Origin: an uncultured Candidatus Binatia bacterium
Lineage (GTDB): Bacteria > Desulfobacterota > Binatia > UBA9968 > JAJDTQ01
Direction: 5' to 3'
DNA length: 64,000 bases
NCBI GenBank assembly: GCA_965242525.1
Contig: OZ251459.1
Location: 1,952,001 to 2,016,000 of the forward strand
The position numbers were made by a program, and so were the translations under genes. Shown here piece after piece: positions 19,994 to 30,398 of this stretch (position 1 is its first letter; each line of letters opens with the position of its first letter). The notes beneath the pieces were generated by a model. The model was not told the DNA's origin and searched no databases. It worked only from the letters and a program-made list of their open reading frames with translations.

Positions 19994-20715
19994 CGAGCCG
20001 CCCGGGGCGCGGCGTCGGGCGGACGTATGTAGAAAGGCGCCAGCGACGCCGCGTCCGCGGCCGCCGACGGCGACTTCCGTCGGGCGATCCGGGCCACCGA
20101 AACGGCGGTGGAAGGTCCCTCGCCGCCCGGGGCGACCCGGGCGCGGCCGCGGGTGCACCGGGCGATGAGCCCGGCGTAAGCCTCGACGCCGCTCCCCACG
20201 AAGAGGCACGGCCCCTCCGCCATGGCGTCCACCTGCCGGAACAGGAACTCCGGCTCCGCCGCGCAGTCCTCCATCAGGCGCTCCAGGGCCGCGTCCGTCC
20301 GACGGTACAGGGCCGCGTAAACCTCCCCTTTGCGGGCGTCCATCAAGGGGCACACGAAACTCGCGCCGTCCCCGGGCGGCGCCCCGTGCGCCAGGGCCTC
20401 CAGGGTGCGCACCCCCACCACCGGCGTCCCCGATCCATAGACCAGCCCCTTGGCCGTGCTGATCCCGATCCTCAGGCCGGTAAAGGAACCGGGACCCACC
20501 GCCACCCCCAGCAGCGAGAGGCTCGCGAAGTCCGTCCCCGCGCTCCGGAGCACATCCTCGATGAGCGGGAGCAGGGCCTCGGCGTGGTTCGAACGGCCCG
20601 GGCGGCGGTGGTCGGCCCGGGCGGACTCCCTCACGCACTCGGCCGCCACCCGGTCGCCGTCCAGGACCGCGGCGCTCAACCGCGCCGTCGATGTGTCGAG
20701 TCCGAGTACCTTCAT
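19990..20715 (-). CDS. tsaB: t6A biosynthesis protein TsaB
   Basis: VLGLDTS, GPGSFTGLRIG, DARKGEVY, P.YIR. Confidence 0.95.
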   Translation of the reverse strand: MKVLGLDTSTARLSAAVLDGDRVAAECVRESARADHRRPGRSNHAEALLPLIEDVLRSAGTDFASLSLLGVAVGPGSFTGLRIGISTAKGLVYGSGTPVVGVRTLEALAHGAPPGDGASFVCPLMDARKGEVYAALYRRTDAALERLMEDCAAEPEFLFRQVDAMAEGPCLFVGSGVEAYAGLIARCTRGRARVAPGGEGPSTAVSVARIARRKSPSAAADAASLAPFYIRPPDAAPRAAR

Positions 20716-20723
20716 GGGCCCGG

Positions 20724-21800
20724 TCAACCGCCGAAGATGCGCGCCAGGTCGTTGTAGAACGCGTAAACCATGACGAAGATCAGCAGCGCCAGGCCCATCT
20801 GCTGGGCCCGTTCCCTCTGCTTCACGTCCAGGGGCTTTCCGCGCACGGCCTCGATGAGGAAGAACAGCAGGTGCCCGCCGTCCAGCATGGGGATGGGGAG
20901 CAGGTTCAGGACCCCCAGGTTGATGCTCAGGAGCGCCACCAGGAACAGGTAGTCCGCGAACCCCCTCCGGGCCTGCTCGCCGGCCAACTGGGCGATCATG
21001 ATGGGACCGCCCAGGTTCGCCGAATCCACGCGCCCCACCACCATCTTGACCAGCACCTCCAGCGTCAGCAGCGAGAGCTCCACCGTGCGGGAGACCGCGA
21101 GCCAACTCGCGGTCAGGGGGTTCCCCCTTTCCACCTCCACGTTCCCCGCGCCCTGGACGCCGATGAGCCAAGCCTCCTCGGACTCGCCGAGCAGGTTGCG
21201 CGTCGGGCCCCTGGCGGCGCTCAGCGTGACCGCGAACTCCCTGCCGTCGCGCACGACCCCCAACTCCAGGGGCCGGCCCCGGCTCGCCCGGACCTCCCGG
21301 GACAGCTCGTCCCAGGAACGGATGGGGCGGTCGGCCGCCATGACGATCCGGTCCCCCGCCCGGAGCCCCGCGGCCGCGGCCGGCGAGCCGGGCTGCACGC
21401 CGCCGAGCTCCGCGGTGCGGTAGGGCACGCCGAAGAACAGGAAGACGCAGAGGAACACCACCGCGGCGAGCACGAAGTTGGCCCCCGGGCCGGCCAGCAC
21501 GATGGCGGCGCGGCGGGCCAGGCTCCGGTGGGCGAAGGAGCGGTCCCGGTCCGCGGACTCCACGTCTTCCCCGGGATCCTCGCCCACCATCTTGACGTAC
21601 CCCCCCAGGGGGAAGGCGCTCACGCAGTACTCGGTCTCGCCGTACCGCCGCACCAGCACTTTCGGGCCGAAGCCGATGGAGAAGGTCACCACCCCCACGC
21701 CCGCCTTCTTGGCCACGAGGAAGTGGCCCAGCTCGTGGAGGAACACGAGCACGGTGAAGGCGGCCACCGCGGCCACCACCATGTAGGCCACGTCGATCAT
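20724..21800 (-). CDS. rseP: RIP metalloprotease RseP
   Basis: HELGH, PDZ domain, NLLPIPMLDGG. Confidence 0.96.
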   Translation of the reverse strand: MIDVAYMVVAAVAAFTVLVFLHELGHFLVAKKAGVGVVTFSIGFGPKVLVRRYGETEYCVSAFPLGGYVKMVGEDPGEDVESADRDRSFAHRSLARRAAIVLAGPGANFVLAAVVFLCVFLFFGVPYRTAELGGVQPGSPAAAAGLRAGDRIVMAADRPIRSWDELSREVRASRGRPLELGVVRDGREFAVTLSAARGPTRNLLGESEEAWLIGVQGAGNVEVERGNPLTASWLAVSRTVELSLLTLEVLVKMVVGRVDSANLGGPIMIAQLAGEQARRGFADYLFLVALLSINLGVLNLLPIPMLDGGHLLFFLIEAVRGKPLDVKQRERAQQMGLALLIFVMVYAFYNDLARIFGG

Positions 21801-22963
21801 CGGGCCCGTCCGTTGCCCTGCACGAGATCCTGCGCAAACGCCCGCGCCCAACGGTCGGCCTCCAGGACCTGCCGCAGGTTCCCGGGCTTGACCGGCTCGT
21901 GGGACCGGACGGCCTCCCGGCTGATCTCGTGGATCCGGCGAAAACCGATGCGTCCGTCCAGGAACGCGGCCACCGCCACCTCGTTGGCGGCGTTGAGGAC
22001 CGGCGGAGCGGCGCCGCCCCGGGCCAGGGCGTCGTAGGCGATGTCCAGGGCGGGGTAGCGCCGGCCTTCCACCCCCAGGAAGGTGAGCTCGCCGGGCTTC
22101 TTCAGGTTCAGCGCGGGCAGCCCGGTATCGAGCCGCTCGGGGTAGGAGAGGGCGTAGGCGATGGGGATGCGCATGTCGGGAACCCCGAGCTGCGCCATCA
22201 CCGATCCGTCACGGTAGCGCACCATCGAGTGGACCACGCTCTGTGGGTGGATCATCACCTCCACCCGCTCGCCGGGCACGCCGAACAGCCAGCGGGACTC
22301 GATCACCTCCAGCCCCTTGTTCATCATGGTGGCCGAATCGATGGTGATCTTCGGCCCCATCTTCCAGGTGGGATGCTGCAGCGCCTGGCCCACGGTCACG
22401 CCGCGCAACTGCCGGAGCGGGGTGCGCAGGAACGGCCCTCCCGACGCGGTCAGGATGATCCTGTCCACGTCCTCGCGCCGGTGTCCCTCCAGGCACTGGA
22501 ACACCGCGCTGTGCTCGCTGTCCACCGGCAGCAGCCGCCCCCCGCGCTTCCGGGCCTCCCGCACGAAGAGCTCGCCGGACATGACCAGGGCTTCCTTGTT
22601 GGCCAAGCCCACGTCCTTGCCCGCCTGCACCGCGGCGAAGGTCGGCACGAGACCCGCGCCGCCGACGATGGCCGCCAGCACGAAGTCGGCCGAGGGGTGG
22701 GTGGCCGCGGCCACCGAACCCTCCTCGCCGTGGACGATGTCCAGCTTGCGCCGGCCGACGCGCTTCCACAAGGCGTCCACGTGGTCCCGCTCCCGGACCC
22801 CCGCCACCCGCGGGGCGAACTCCGCGACCTGGCGAGCCAGCAGGTCCAGGTTACGCCCGGCCACCAGTCCGGCGACCTTGAACCGCCGCTTGAAGGCCCG
22901 GACCACGCGGAGGGCGTTGACGCCGATGGTCCCCGTGGAACCCAGGATGACGATGGACTTCAT
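21797..22963 (-). CDS. dxr: 1-deoxy-D-xylulose-5-phosphate reductoisomerase
   Basis: LGSTGTIG, LANKEAL, PVDSEH, HPTWKMG.KITIDSAT. Confidence 0.97.
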   Translation of the reverse strand: MKSIVILGSTGTIGVNALRVVRAFKRRFKVAGLVAGRNLDLLARQVAEFAPRVAGVRERDHVDALWKRVGRRKLDIVHGEEGSVAAATHPSADFVLAAIVGGAGLVPTFAAVQAGKDVGLANKEALVMSGELFVREARKRGGRLLPVDSEHSAVFQCLEGHRREDVDRIILTASGGPFLRTPLRQLRGVTVGQALQHPTWKMGPKITIDSATMMNKGLEVIESRWLFGVPGERVEVMIHPQSVVHSMVRYRDGSVMAQLGVPDMRIPIAYALSYPERLDTGLPALNLKKPGELTFLGVEGRRYPALDIAYDALARGGAAPPVLNAANEVAVAAFLDGRIGFRRIHEISREAVRSHEPVKPGNLRQVLEADRWARAFAQDLVQGNGRAR

Positions 22964-23736
22964 GGTTGCAGCAACCGCACGCAGTAGGCGCTCACGACTC
23001 CGGGGAAGACGAGGCTGTCGAGACGGTCCATCAGGCCGCCGTGGCCCGGGAGGAGTCCGCCCGAGTCCTTGACCGCGAAGCTCCGCTTGATCAGCGATTC
23101 GAACAGATCGCCGGCCTGGGCGACGATGACCACGGCCAGGGAGAGCCCCGCCGCTTGGCCCCACGACAGGGGCAGGACCAGCCAACCCGCGCTCCATCCC
23201 GCGGCGACGCCCGCGGCGGTGGCCGCGGCGCAGCCCGCCACGGTCTTGCCCGGGCTCACCGAAGGATACAACTTTCTTCGGCCCAGGGCCATACCGACGA
23301 AGTAGCCGGCGCTGTCCGCGGAGAAGACCACGATCAACACCCACAGCACCCACTCGTACCCGCTCCGGTACAGGACCACGAAATGGGGGAACAGGTAGCC
23401 CAGGTACAACGCCCCCGCCAAGGCGAGGCCGAGGTTCCGGTACCGCTGCTCCACCGGGCCGCCGCCGAAGGTGAAGGCCACGAACAGCAATACGATGACC
23501 ACCGGGAACAGGGCCGAGAACCCGGGCGCCACGACGGTCAGGGAAAGCAGCATTCCGGCCGCGACCCCGGCCGCCCGCGCCCCGCCCCGGTCCGGGAAGA
23601 CCATGCGGAAGTATTCCAGCAGGGCGATGAGTACGAGCAGTTCGACGAACGACGAGAACAGCCACAGGCTGTCCGTCCAGAGGATCCCGAACACCAGGGG
23701 AATCCCCGCCAGTGCGGTCAGTACCCGCGCGCGCAT
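22960..23736 (-). CDS. cdsA: Phosphatidate cytidylyltransferase
   Basis: SPGKT, GDLFES.IKR...KDSG..LPGHGG.MDR.DS. Confidence 0.96.
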   Translation of the reverse strand: MRARVLTALAGIPLVFGILWTDSLWLFSSFVELLVLIALLEYFRMVFPDRGGARAAGVAAGMLLSLTVVAPGFSALFPVVIVLLFVAFTFGGGPVEQRYRNLGLALAGALYLGYLFPHFVVLYRSGYEWVLWVLIVVFSADSAGYFVGMALGRRKLYPSVSPGKTVAGCAAATAAGVAAGWSAGWLVLPLSWGQAAGLSLAVVIVAQAGDLFESLIKRSFAVKDSGGLLPGHGGLMDRLDSLVFPGVVSAYCVRLLQP

Positions 23737-23743
23737 GGAAGCT

Positions 23744-24622
23744 TCAACCCTGCGGAAGCTGCTCGTCCGTCTTGCCGAACCGGCGTCTCCGTCTCTGGAA
23801 CTCCAGCAGCGCCTCGATGTACCGCGCCTCGGAGAAGTCGGGCCACAGCGTGTTCGTGACGTACAACTCCGTATAGGGTATCTGCCACAGGAAGAAGTTG
23901 CTGATGCGCATCTCCCCGCTGGTGCGGATCAACAGGTCCGGATCCGGGATGTGCGCCGTCTCCATGTTGGCCGCGATCATGGACTCGTCGATCTCCCCGG
24001 GGTCGCACTCTCCGGCCTTCACTTTCCGGGCGATGTTCCGCACCGACCGGACGATGTCGCGCCGGCCGCTGTAGCTGAGGGCCAGGATGACCGTGATGGC
24101 CGTGTTGTCGCGGGTGAGGCGTATGCTGTGGTCCAGGGACCGGCGTACCGCCGCGGGCAGGCGTTTGCGGTCGCCGATGGCGATGAGCCGCACTCCTTCG
24201 CGCATCATGCGGTCCTGCTCGCGCCGCAGGTAGTTCTGGAGGATGGCCATCAACCCTCCGACCTCGGCCGACGGCCGGTTCCAGTTCTCGTACGAGAAGG
24301 CGTAGAGGGAAACGTAGCGGATGCCCAGGTTGCGGCTCGTCTCCAGCGCGGTCCTGACCGCAGCGGTCCCCGCGCGATGGCCTTCGAGCCGGCTCTTGCC
24401 CCGAAGCCGGGCCCAGCGCCCGTTGCCGTCCATGATGATCGCCACATGGTCGGGCAACCGGCTCTTCTCCAGCCCGTGGAGCTCCGCCTCGCAAACGGCG
24501 CGCGCGGCCGAAGCCCCCTCGTGTCCCGGTCCCGGTTCGCGGGCGGCAGGAAACGCGCTGCCGGTCACGGACGAACCGAGGGCTTCCCGCCGGTCCCCGT
24601 CGCTGTCGGCCGAGCGGCTCAT
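23744..24622 (-). CDS. uppS: Undecaprenyl diphosphate synthase (start uncertain)
   Basis: HVAIIMDGNGRWA, AFS.ENW.R, IRTSGE.R.SNF. Confidence 0.96.
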   Translation of the reverse strand: MSRSADSDGDRREALGSSVTGSAFPAAREPGPGHEGASAARAVCEAELHGLEKSRLPDHVAIIMDGNGRWARLRGKSRLEGHRAGTAAVRTALETSRNLGIRYVSLYAFSYENWNRPSAEVGGLMAILQNYLRREQDRMMREGVRLIAIGDRKRLPAAVRRSLDHSIRLTRDNTAITVILALSYSGRRDIVRSVRNIARKVKAGECDPGEIDESMIAANMETAHIPDPDLLIRTSGEMRISNFFLWQIPYTELYVTNTLWPDFSEARYIEALLEFQRRRRRFGKTDEQLPQG

Positions 24623-24668
24623 GCTCCCCCGGCGCCCCGGCTGCTGCTCGCGGTCCGCGGGCCGCGGG

Positions 24669-25229
24669 TCACGAGACCTCCATGATCTCGTCTTCCTTGG
24701 CCTTGAGAAAACCGTCCACCCTGCCGACGAACTCCGCGGTGATCTTCTGGATGCGCTCCTGGCCCTGTTTCACCTCGTCTTCGGTGACCTCCTTGTCCTT
24801 TTGCATCCCCTTCAACTCGTCGATGACGGCGCGCCGATGGTTCCGCACCGAGACACGGTAGTCTTCGGCGGTCTTCCGCACCTGCTTCACCAGTTCCTTC
24901 CGCCGCTCGCCGCTGAGTTCCGGTATCGGCACGCGGATCAACTTGCCGTCGTTGGCCGGAGTGAGGCCCAGGTCCGCCTTCAGTATGGCCTTCTCGATGC
25001 CGGCGATGGCCCCGGGGTCGTACGCCTGGATGGTCACCAGCCGGGGCTCGGGGGCCGCGACGGTGGCGATCTGGTTCAGCGGCGTCTGGGCGCCGTAGTA
25101 CTCCACCAGGATCCCGTCGAAGAGCGAAGCCGACGCCCGTCCGGTCCGAACCCGCCCCAGCTCCCGGCGCATGGCCGCCAGGGTCTTCTCCAACTCTTCC
25201 TGGAAAGCGCTATAGAAGCCGTCGTCCAT
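24669..25229 (-). CDS. frr: Ribosome recycling factor
   Basis: RTGRAS, YYG..TPL.Q, P.L..ERR. Confidence 0.96.
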   Translation of the reverse strand: MDDGFYSAFQEELEKTLAAMRRELGRVRTGRASASLFDGILVEYYGAQTPLNQIATVAAPEPRLVTIQAYDPGAIAGIEKAILKADLGLTPANDGKLIRVPIPELSGERRKELVKQVRKTAEDYRVSVRNHRRAVIDELKGMQKDKEVTEDEVKQGQERIQKITAEFVGRVDGFLKAKEDEIMEVS

Positions 25230-25262
25230 CCGTCACCTGCCCGCTTGCGCCCGCGCCCTCCG

Positions 25263-25985
25263 TCACATGCTCACCAGGGTGCCGATGGGCTGGCCGCTCA
25301 CCACCTTGCGGATGTTGCCCTGCTCCATGACGTTGAAGACCACGATGGGGAGCCGGTTGTCCATGCAGAGCGAGATGGCGGTGGAATCCATCACCTTGAG
25401 CTCCTTGCTGAGCACCTCCATGTGGGTCAGCTCCCGGAAGAGCTTCGCGCCGTGGTTCTTCATGGGGTCCGTGTCGTACACCCCGCGGACCTTGGTGGCC
25501 TTCAGGATCACCTCGGCGCCCACTTCCATGGCCCGCAGGCTCGCGGTGGTGTCGGTGGTGAAGTAGGGGTTGCCGGTGCCGCCCGCGAAGATCACGACCC
25601 GGCCCTTCTCCAGGTGCCGCACCGCCCGCCGGCGAATATACAACTCGGCCACCTGCCGCATCTCGATGGCCGACATCACCCGCGTCGAAACGCCGGTCTT
25701 CTCCAGCGCGTCCTGGAGCGCAATGCTGTTGATGACCGTGGCCAGCATCCCCATGTAGTCGGCGCTGGCCCGGTCGATGCCGTGGTCGCTGGCCTCGGCG
25801 CCCCGCAGGATGTTGCCGCCGCCGATGACCAGGGCGATTTCGCAGCCGAGTTGATGGACTTCCCGGATCTCCTCCACGAAACCGGTGACGGTGGCGGGGT
25901 CGATGCCGTATTGGCGCTCTCCCGCGAGGACTTCCCCGGTGACCTTCAGGATGACCCGCTTGTATCTCAGCTCCGCGCCGGTCAT
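25263..25985 (-). CDS. pyrH: UMP kinase
   Basis: [23 protein letters not shown]. Confidence 0.97.
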   Translation of the reverse strand: MTGAELRYKRVILKVTGEVLAGERQYGIDPATVTGFVEEIREVHQLGCEIALVIGGGNILRGAEASDHGIDRASADYMGMLATVINSIALQDALEKTGVSTRVMSAIEMRQVAELYIRRRAVRHLEKGRVVIFAGGTGNPYFTTDTTASLRAMEVGAEVILKATKVRGVYDTDPMKNHGAKLFRELTHMEVLSKELKVMDSTAISLCMDNRLPIVVFNVMEQGNIRKVVSGQPIGTLVSM

Positions 25986-25999
25986 CCCGGTGACGTTCC

Positions 26000-26605
26000 C
26001 TAGTCCTTCATCCCCTCGCCCACGGAGTAGCGCACGAAGCGCCGGACCCGGATGTTCTCCCCCAGACGGGCCACGGAGTCCTGGATCAGGTCCTTCACCC
26101 GGCGGGCCGGCTCCTTGATGAACGCCTGCTCCATGAGGCAGGCCTCCTCGTAGAAACGCTCCATCTTGCCGGCGACGATCTTCTCCAGCACGGGCTCGGG
26201 CTTGTTCATCTCACTGGCCTGTTGGCGGTAGATGGCCCTCTCCCGCTCCAGCTCTTCCTCGCCCACGTCCTCCCGGCGGACGTAGCGCGGGCTGGCCGCG
26301 GCCACCTGCATGGACAGGTCCTTGACCAGGGCCTGGAACTCATCGGTCCGGGCCACGAAGTCGGTCTCGCAGTTCACTTCCAGCAGGACCCCGATCCTGT
26401 TGCCGCCGTGGATGTACGCGCCCACCAGGCCCTCGCTGGCCTCACGCTCGGCCTTGCGCGCGGCGAGGGCCAGTCCCTTGGCCCTCAGATGGTCCACGGC
26501 CTTCTCGAAGTCGCCCTCGCACTCCACGAGGGCCTTCTTGCAGTCCATGAAACCCGCGCCGGTTTTGTCCCGCAACTGCTTGACTAGACTCGCATCGATG
26601 GCCAT
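26000..26605 (-). CDS. tsf: Elongation factor Ts (short form)
   Basis: [25 protein letters not shown]. Confidence 0.97.
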   Translation of the reverse strand: MAIDASLVKQLRDKTGAGFMDCKKALVECEGDFEKAVDHLRAKGLALAARKAEREASEGLVGAYIHGGNRIGVLLEVNCETDFVARTDEFQALVKDLSMQVAAASPRYVRREDVGEEELERERAIYRQQASEMNKPEPVLEKIVAGKMERFYEEACLMEQAFIKEPARRVKDLIQDSVARLGENIRVRRFVRYSVGEGMKD

Positions 26606-26612
26606 GCCTGCC

Positions 26613-27560
26613 TCAACTCTCCGCCGCGGTGGGCGCATCCGGGGACTTTTCCGCGTCGGCGCCTTCCTGCGCGGGTTCCGCCGCGGGTCCGTCCGCGGCC
26701 GCCGCCGGCTCCCCTGCGGCCGGTTCCGCGGCCGGCGGCTTCGCAGCCGCCGGTTCCGCGGCTACCGGCTCGTCCCCCGTCGAAGCCCCTTCGCTCGACT
26801 CCGCCTCCGCGCCCGGCTCGGACTGCTCGGCTTCGGCCTCCGCCGCGGCTTCGGCCTCCATCTTCGCCTGGTCGCAGAGCGCCTTGCCCTCGTTGACGGC
26901 TTCCGCCATCAGGCTGCAAAAGAGCCGGATGGCGCGGATGGCGTCGTCGTTGCCGGGGATCTTGTAGTCCACCAGGTCGGGGTCGCAGTCGGTGTCGATG
27001 ATCGCGATCACCTTGATGCCCAGCTTCCGCGCCTCGCGGACCGCGATGGATTCCTGTCCGGGGTCGATGACGAACATGGCGTCCGGCAGCTTCCGGATGT
27101 CCTTGATCCCTCCGAGGGCGCGCTCCAGCTTGGCCCGCTCGCGGTTGTGGGACAGCATCTCCTTCTTGGTCAGCGCCTCCACCACCTTGGGGTCGTTGGC
27201 CATTTCCTCCAGCTTCTTGAGGCGGTCGATGCTCTGCCGGACGGTCTGGAAATTGGTCAGGGTGCCGCCCAGCCACCGGTGGTGGACGTAGGACATGCCG
27301 CAGCGCTCCGCCTCTTCGCGGACCGAATCCTGGGCCTGCTTCTTGGTGCCCACGAACAGCACGTGGCCGCCGGCCACGATCATGTCCCGGACCTGGACGC
27401 AGACGTCCTTGACCATCTTCACGGTCTGCTGGAGGTCGATGATGTGAATCCCGTTCCGGGCCCCGAAGATGTAGGGCTTCATCTTGGGATTCCAGCGGCT
27501 GGTCTGGTGCCCGAAGTGGACCCCGGCTTCCAGCAACTGCTTCATGGATATGTCCGTCAT
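26613..27560 (-). CDS. rpsB: 30S ribosomal protein S2 with acidic Ala/Glu/Pro tail
   Basis: [34 protein letters not shown]. Confidence 0.98.
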   Translation of the reverse strand: MTDISMKQLLEAGVHFGHQTSRWNPKMKPYIFGARNGIHIIDLQQTVKMVKDVCVQVRDMIVAGGHVLFVGTKKQAQDSVREEAERCGMSYVHHRWLGGTLTNFQTVRQSIDRLKKLEEMANDPKVVEALTKKEMLSHNRERAKLERALGGIKDIRKLPDAMFVIDPGQESIAVREARKLGIKVIAIIDTDCDPDLVDYKIPGNDDAIRAIRLFCSLMAEAVNEGKALCDQAKMEAEAAAEAEAEQSEPGAEAESSEGASTGDEPVAAEPAAAKPPAAEPAAGEPAAAADGPAAEPAQEGADAEKSPDAPTAAES

Positions 27561-27669
27561 AACGTCAGAACCTCGAATTCCGGGCAGCGAAACGTCCTGT
27601 CCCGCGTTCCCGCGGGTCCATCCGCCGACCCCGGCCGGCTGCCGGGAGTGGAAGGAAAACGACCTTGGG

Positions 27670-27698
27670 CTATTAGCAAAATCGGCCCCGCCACGCAA
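27670..27698 (-). promoter_or_regulatory. rpsB promoter TTGCGT-N17-(TGc)TAATAG, followed by a leader of about 100 nt without an SD
   Basis: Sequence match; rpsB leaders are usually structured autoregulatory elements. Confidence 0.5.
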
Positions 27699-27726
27699 GG
27701 GAACTCCGGGGAGGCGCCCCGTCCGC

Positions 27727-29088
27727 TCAGGTGTTCATGGACTCCAGGAACTCCTTGTTGCCCTTGGTGCCGTGGAGCTTGTCGAGGAGGAACTCCATGG
27801 CCTCGACCACGCTGAGCTGCGAAAGCACCTTGCGGAGGATCCAGATGCGGTTCAGGTCTTCCCTGGGGATCAGCAGCTCTTCCTTGCGGGTGCCGGACTT
27901 GTTGATGTCCACCGCCGGGAACACGCGCTTGTCCATGAGCCGCCGGTCCAGGTTGATCTCCATGTTGCCGGTCCCCTTGAACTCCTCGAAGATCACTTCG
28001 TCCATGCGGCTGCCGGTGTCGATCAGGGCGGTGGCGATGATCGTGAGGCTGCCGCCGTCCTCGATGTTGCGCGCGGCGCCGAAGAACTTCTTGGGCTTGT
28101 GCAGCGCGTTGGAATCGACGCCGCCCGAGAGGATCTTGCCGCTCGGCGGGACCACCGTGTTGTAGGCCCGGGCCAGGCGGGTGATGCTGTCGAGCAGGAT
28201 GATCACGTCCTTGCCGTGCTCCACCAGCCGTTTGGCCTTCTCGATGACCATCTCGGCCACTTGCACGTGGCGCGTGGCCGGCTCGTCGAAGGTGGAGCTC
28301 ACCACCTCCCCCACCACCGACCGCTGCATGTCGGTGACCTCTTCCGGGCGTTCGTCGATGAGCAGGACGATGAGGACCGCGCCCGGATGGTTGTGGGCGA
28401 TGGCCTTGGCGATGTTCTGGAGCATCATCGTCTTGCCGGTCCGCGGCGCCGCCACCACCAGCCCGCGCTGGCCCATGCCGATGGGCGTCAACAGGTCGAT
28501 GAAGCGCGTGGTGTATTCGTTGGGCTGGTGCTCCAGCGTGATGCGCTTGTCGGGGTAGAGCGGGGTCAGGTTGTCGAAGAGGATCTTGTCCCGGACCCGG
28601 TCGGGCTCGTCGTTGTTGATGGACTCGACCTTGAGCAGCGCGAAATACCGCTCACCGTCCTTGGGAGGCCGTATCTGCCCGGAGATGATGTCTCCCGTGC
28701 GCAGGCCGAAACGCCGGATCTGGCTCGGCGAGACGTAGATGTCGTCCGGTCCGGGGAGGTAGTTGTAGTCCGGCGCCCTCAGGAAGCCGAACCCGTCGGG
28801 CAGAGTCTCCAGGACCCCCTCCCCGTACACGTAACCGTTCTTCTCGGTCTGCGCCTGCAGGATGGCGAATATCAGGTCCTGCCGCCGCATGTTCGCGGCG
28901 CTCTCGATGCTGAACCCTTTGCCGATGTTCGCCAACTCGGCGATCTTCTTGGACTTGAGCGAGCTGAGGTTCAAGCCGTTCTGGTGGATGGGCTCCGCTG
29001 CCGAAGCCGCTCGACTCCTGCGATGGTTCGGAGCCGAATCCCCCCTGGTCTCGCTTTCCACTGCGGAGCGCGTGCGTACGTTAGCCAT
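27727..29088 (-). CDS. rho: Transcription termination factor Rho
   Basis: [39 protein letters not shown]. Confidence 0.98.
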   Translation of the reverse strand: MANVRTRSAVESETRGDSAPNHRRSRAASAAEPIHQNGLNLSSLKSKKIAELANIGKGFSIESAANMRRQDLIFAILQAQTEKNGYVYGEGVLETLPDGFGFLRAPDYNYLPGPDDIYVSPSQIRRFGLRTGDIISGQIRPPKDGERYFALLKVESINNDEPDRVRDKILFDNLTPLYPDKRITLEHQPNEYTTRFIDLLTPIGMGQRGLVVAAPRTGKTMMLQNIAKAIAHNHPGAVLIVLLIDERPEEVTDMQRSVVGEVVSSTFDEPATRHVQVAEMVIEKAKRLVEHGKDVIILLDSITRLARAYNTVVPPSGKILSGGVDSNALHKPKKFFGAARNIEDGGSLTIIATALIDTGSRMDEVIFEEFKGTGNMEINLDRRLMDKRVFPAVDINKSGTRKEELLIPREDLNRIWILRKVLSQLSVVEAMEFLLDKLHGTKGNKEFLESMNT

Positions 29089-29261
29089 AAACCGTCCTTT
29101 CCCTCACGCTGCTGTCAACTCGCCCAACCGGACGAGAAGCGGCCGCCGGCCAAGCCGGTCGAACGAATCGGCTCGAAACGGACCCGATGTAGTAAAGATG
29201 GACAAAAAGCGGGTTGGATCAGAAGCGACCGGGACGCCGTCCTCGTGACGAGGCAGGGTGG

Positions 29262-29290
29262 ATAGTAGGCGAAATGGACCGCTTTGTCAA
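29262..29290 (-). promoter_or_regulatory. rho promoter TTGACA-N17-TACTAT
   Basis: Near-consensus match about 170 nt upstream of the rho ATG. Confidence 0.65.
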
Positions 29291-29306
29291 GCATGGGCGT
29301 TCCGGT

Positions 29307-30290
29307 TCAGCCTGCCATCCCGGTGTCGTTCCGGAACCGGAGCACGCTGCACGGGGCGCCGCCCCGGCTCGCGGGACCGATCCGGTCCAGTATCCCGCGG
29401 GCATGGACCACGTCCTCTTCGATCTGCCGGACGAGCCGTTCCGCGGAGGGGAACTTCCGCTCTTCCCGGAGCCTTTCCACGAAATGGACTTGCAGCCGGC
29501 GGCCGTACAGGTCCTCGTCGAAGTCCAGCACGTGCGTCTCGATGGTCCTGGCCCCCGGCCCGAAAGTGGGGTTCACCCCGATACTGGTGACGCTGGGCAG
29601 GAGCCGCCCGTCCAACTCGACGAACGTCGCATAGATCCCGTTGGCCGGCGCCGCCTCCGTCCTGCTGCGCACGTTGGCGGTGGGGAAGCCCAGCTCCCGG
29701 CCTCGTCGATGGCCCGGGACCACCCGTCCTTCGATGAAATGGCAGCGGCCCAGTTGCCGCCGCGCGGCCTCCACCTGGCCGTCTTCCACCAGCGCGCGGA
29801 TGCGGCTGCTGCTGATGGCGTGGTCCGAGTCCGCCACCGCCCGGATGACCTCCACCCGGATCCCCGCGGCAGGCCCCCAAGTCGTCAGATCCTTGACGGT
29901 CCCGGCCCGGTCCTTGCCGAAACGGAAGTCTTCCCCCACCCACAGGGTCTCCACCCCGAGCCGGGCCAGGTACCCGTTCACGAAATCATGGGCCGACAAC
30001 GCGCAGAAGCTCGGGGTAAAGCGCTGGATCAGCACGTAGTCGATGCCCACGCGCCGCAGCAGCGCCAGCTTGTCCTTGCGCGCGAGGATCAACCGCGGCG
30101 CAAAGTCGGGGGCGAGGATCTTGAGCGGATGGGGTTCGAAGGTCAGGACCACGGAGGATCCTCCCCGGGACCTCGCGTCCTCCATCACCCGGCGGAGCAG
30201 GTCCTGGTGTCCCAGGTGCACTCCGTCGAAGTTGCCGATGGTCACGACCGGGCGAACGATGGTGCGCTTGACGTGTCGCAGAATCTGCAT
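29307..30290 (-). CDS. ribF: Bifunctional riboflavin kinase/FAD synthetase
   Basis: GNFDGVHLGH, ISSSRIR, GRELGFPTAN. Confidence 0.97.
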   Translation of the reverse strand: MQILRHVKRTIVRPVVTIGNFDGVHLGHQDLLRRVMEDARSRGGSSVVLTFEPHPLKILAPDFAPRLILARKDKLALLRRVGIDYVLIQRFTPSFCALSAHDFVNGYLARLGVETLWVGEDFRFGKDRAGTVKDLTTWGPAAGIRVEVIRAVADSDHAISSSRIRALVEDGQVEAARRQLGRCHFIEGRVVPGHRRGRELGFPTANVRSRTEAAPANGIYATFVELDGRLLPSVTSIGVNPTFGPGARTIETHVLDFDEDLYGRRLQVHFVERLREERKFPSAERLVRQIEEDVVHARGILDRIGPASRGGAPCSVLRFRNDTGMAG

Positions 30291-30398
30291 CGTGCGGTTG
30301 ACGCCGCAGCCCTGCATTCCGAGAGCTGTCGGCGGCGGCGGGCGGCCCGTCCGGGCTCGAACGAGGCCGCATTCGCGGAAGACCCGGGAAATCCGGGA

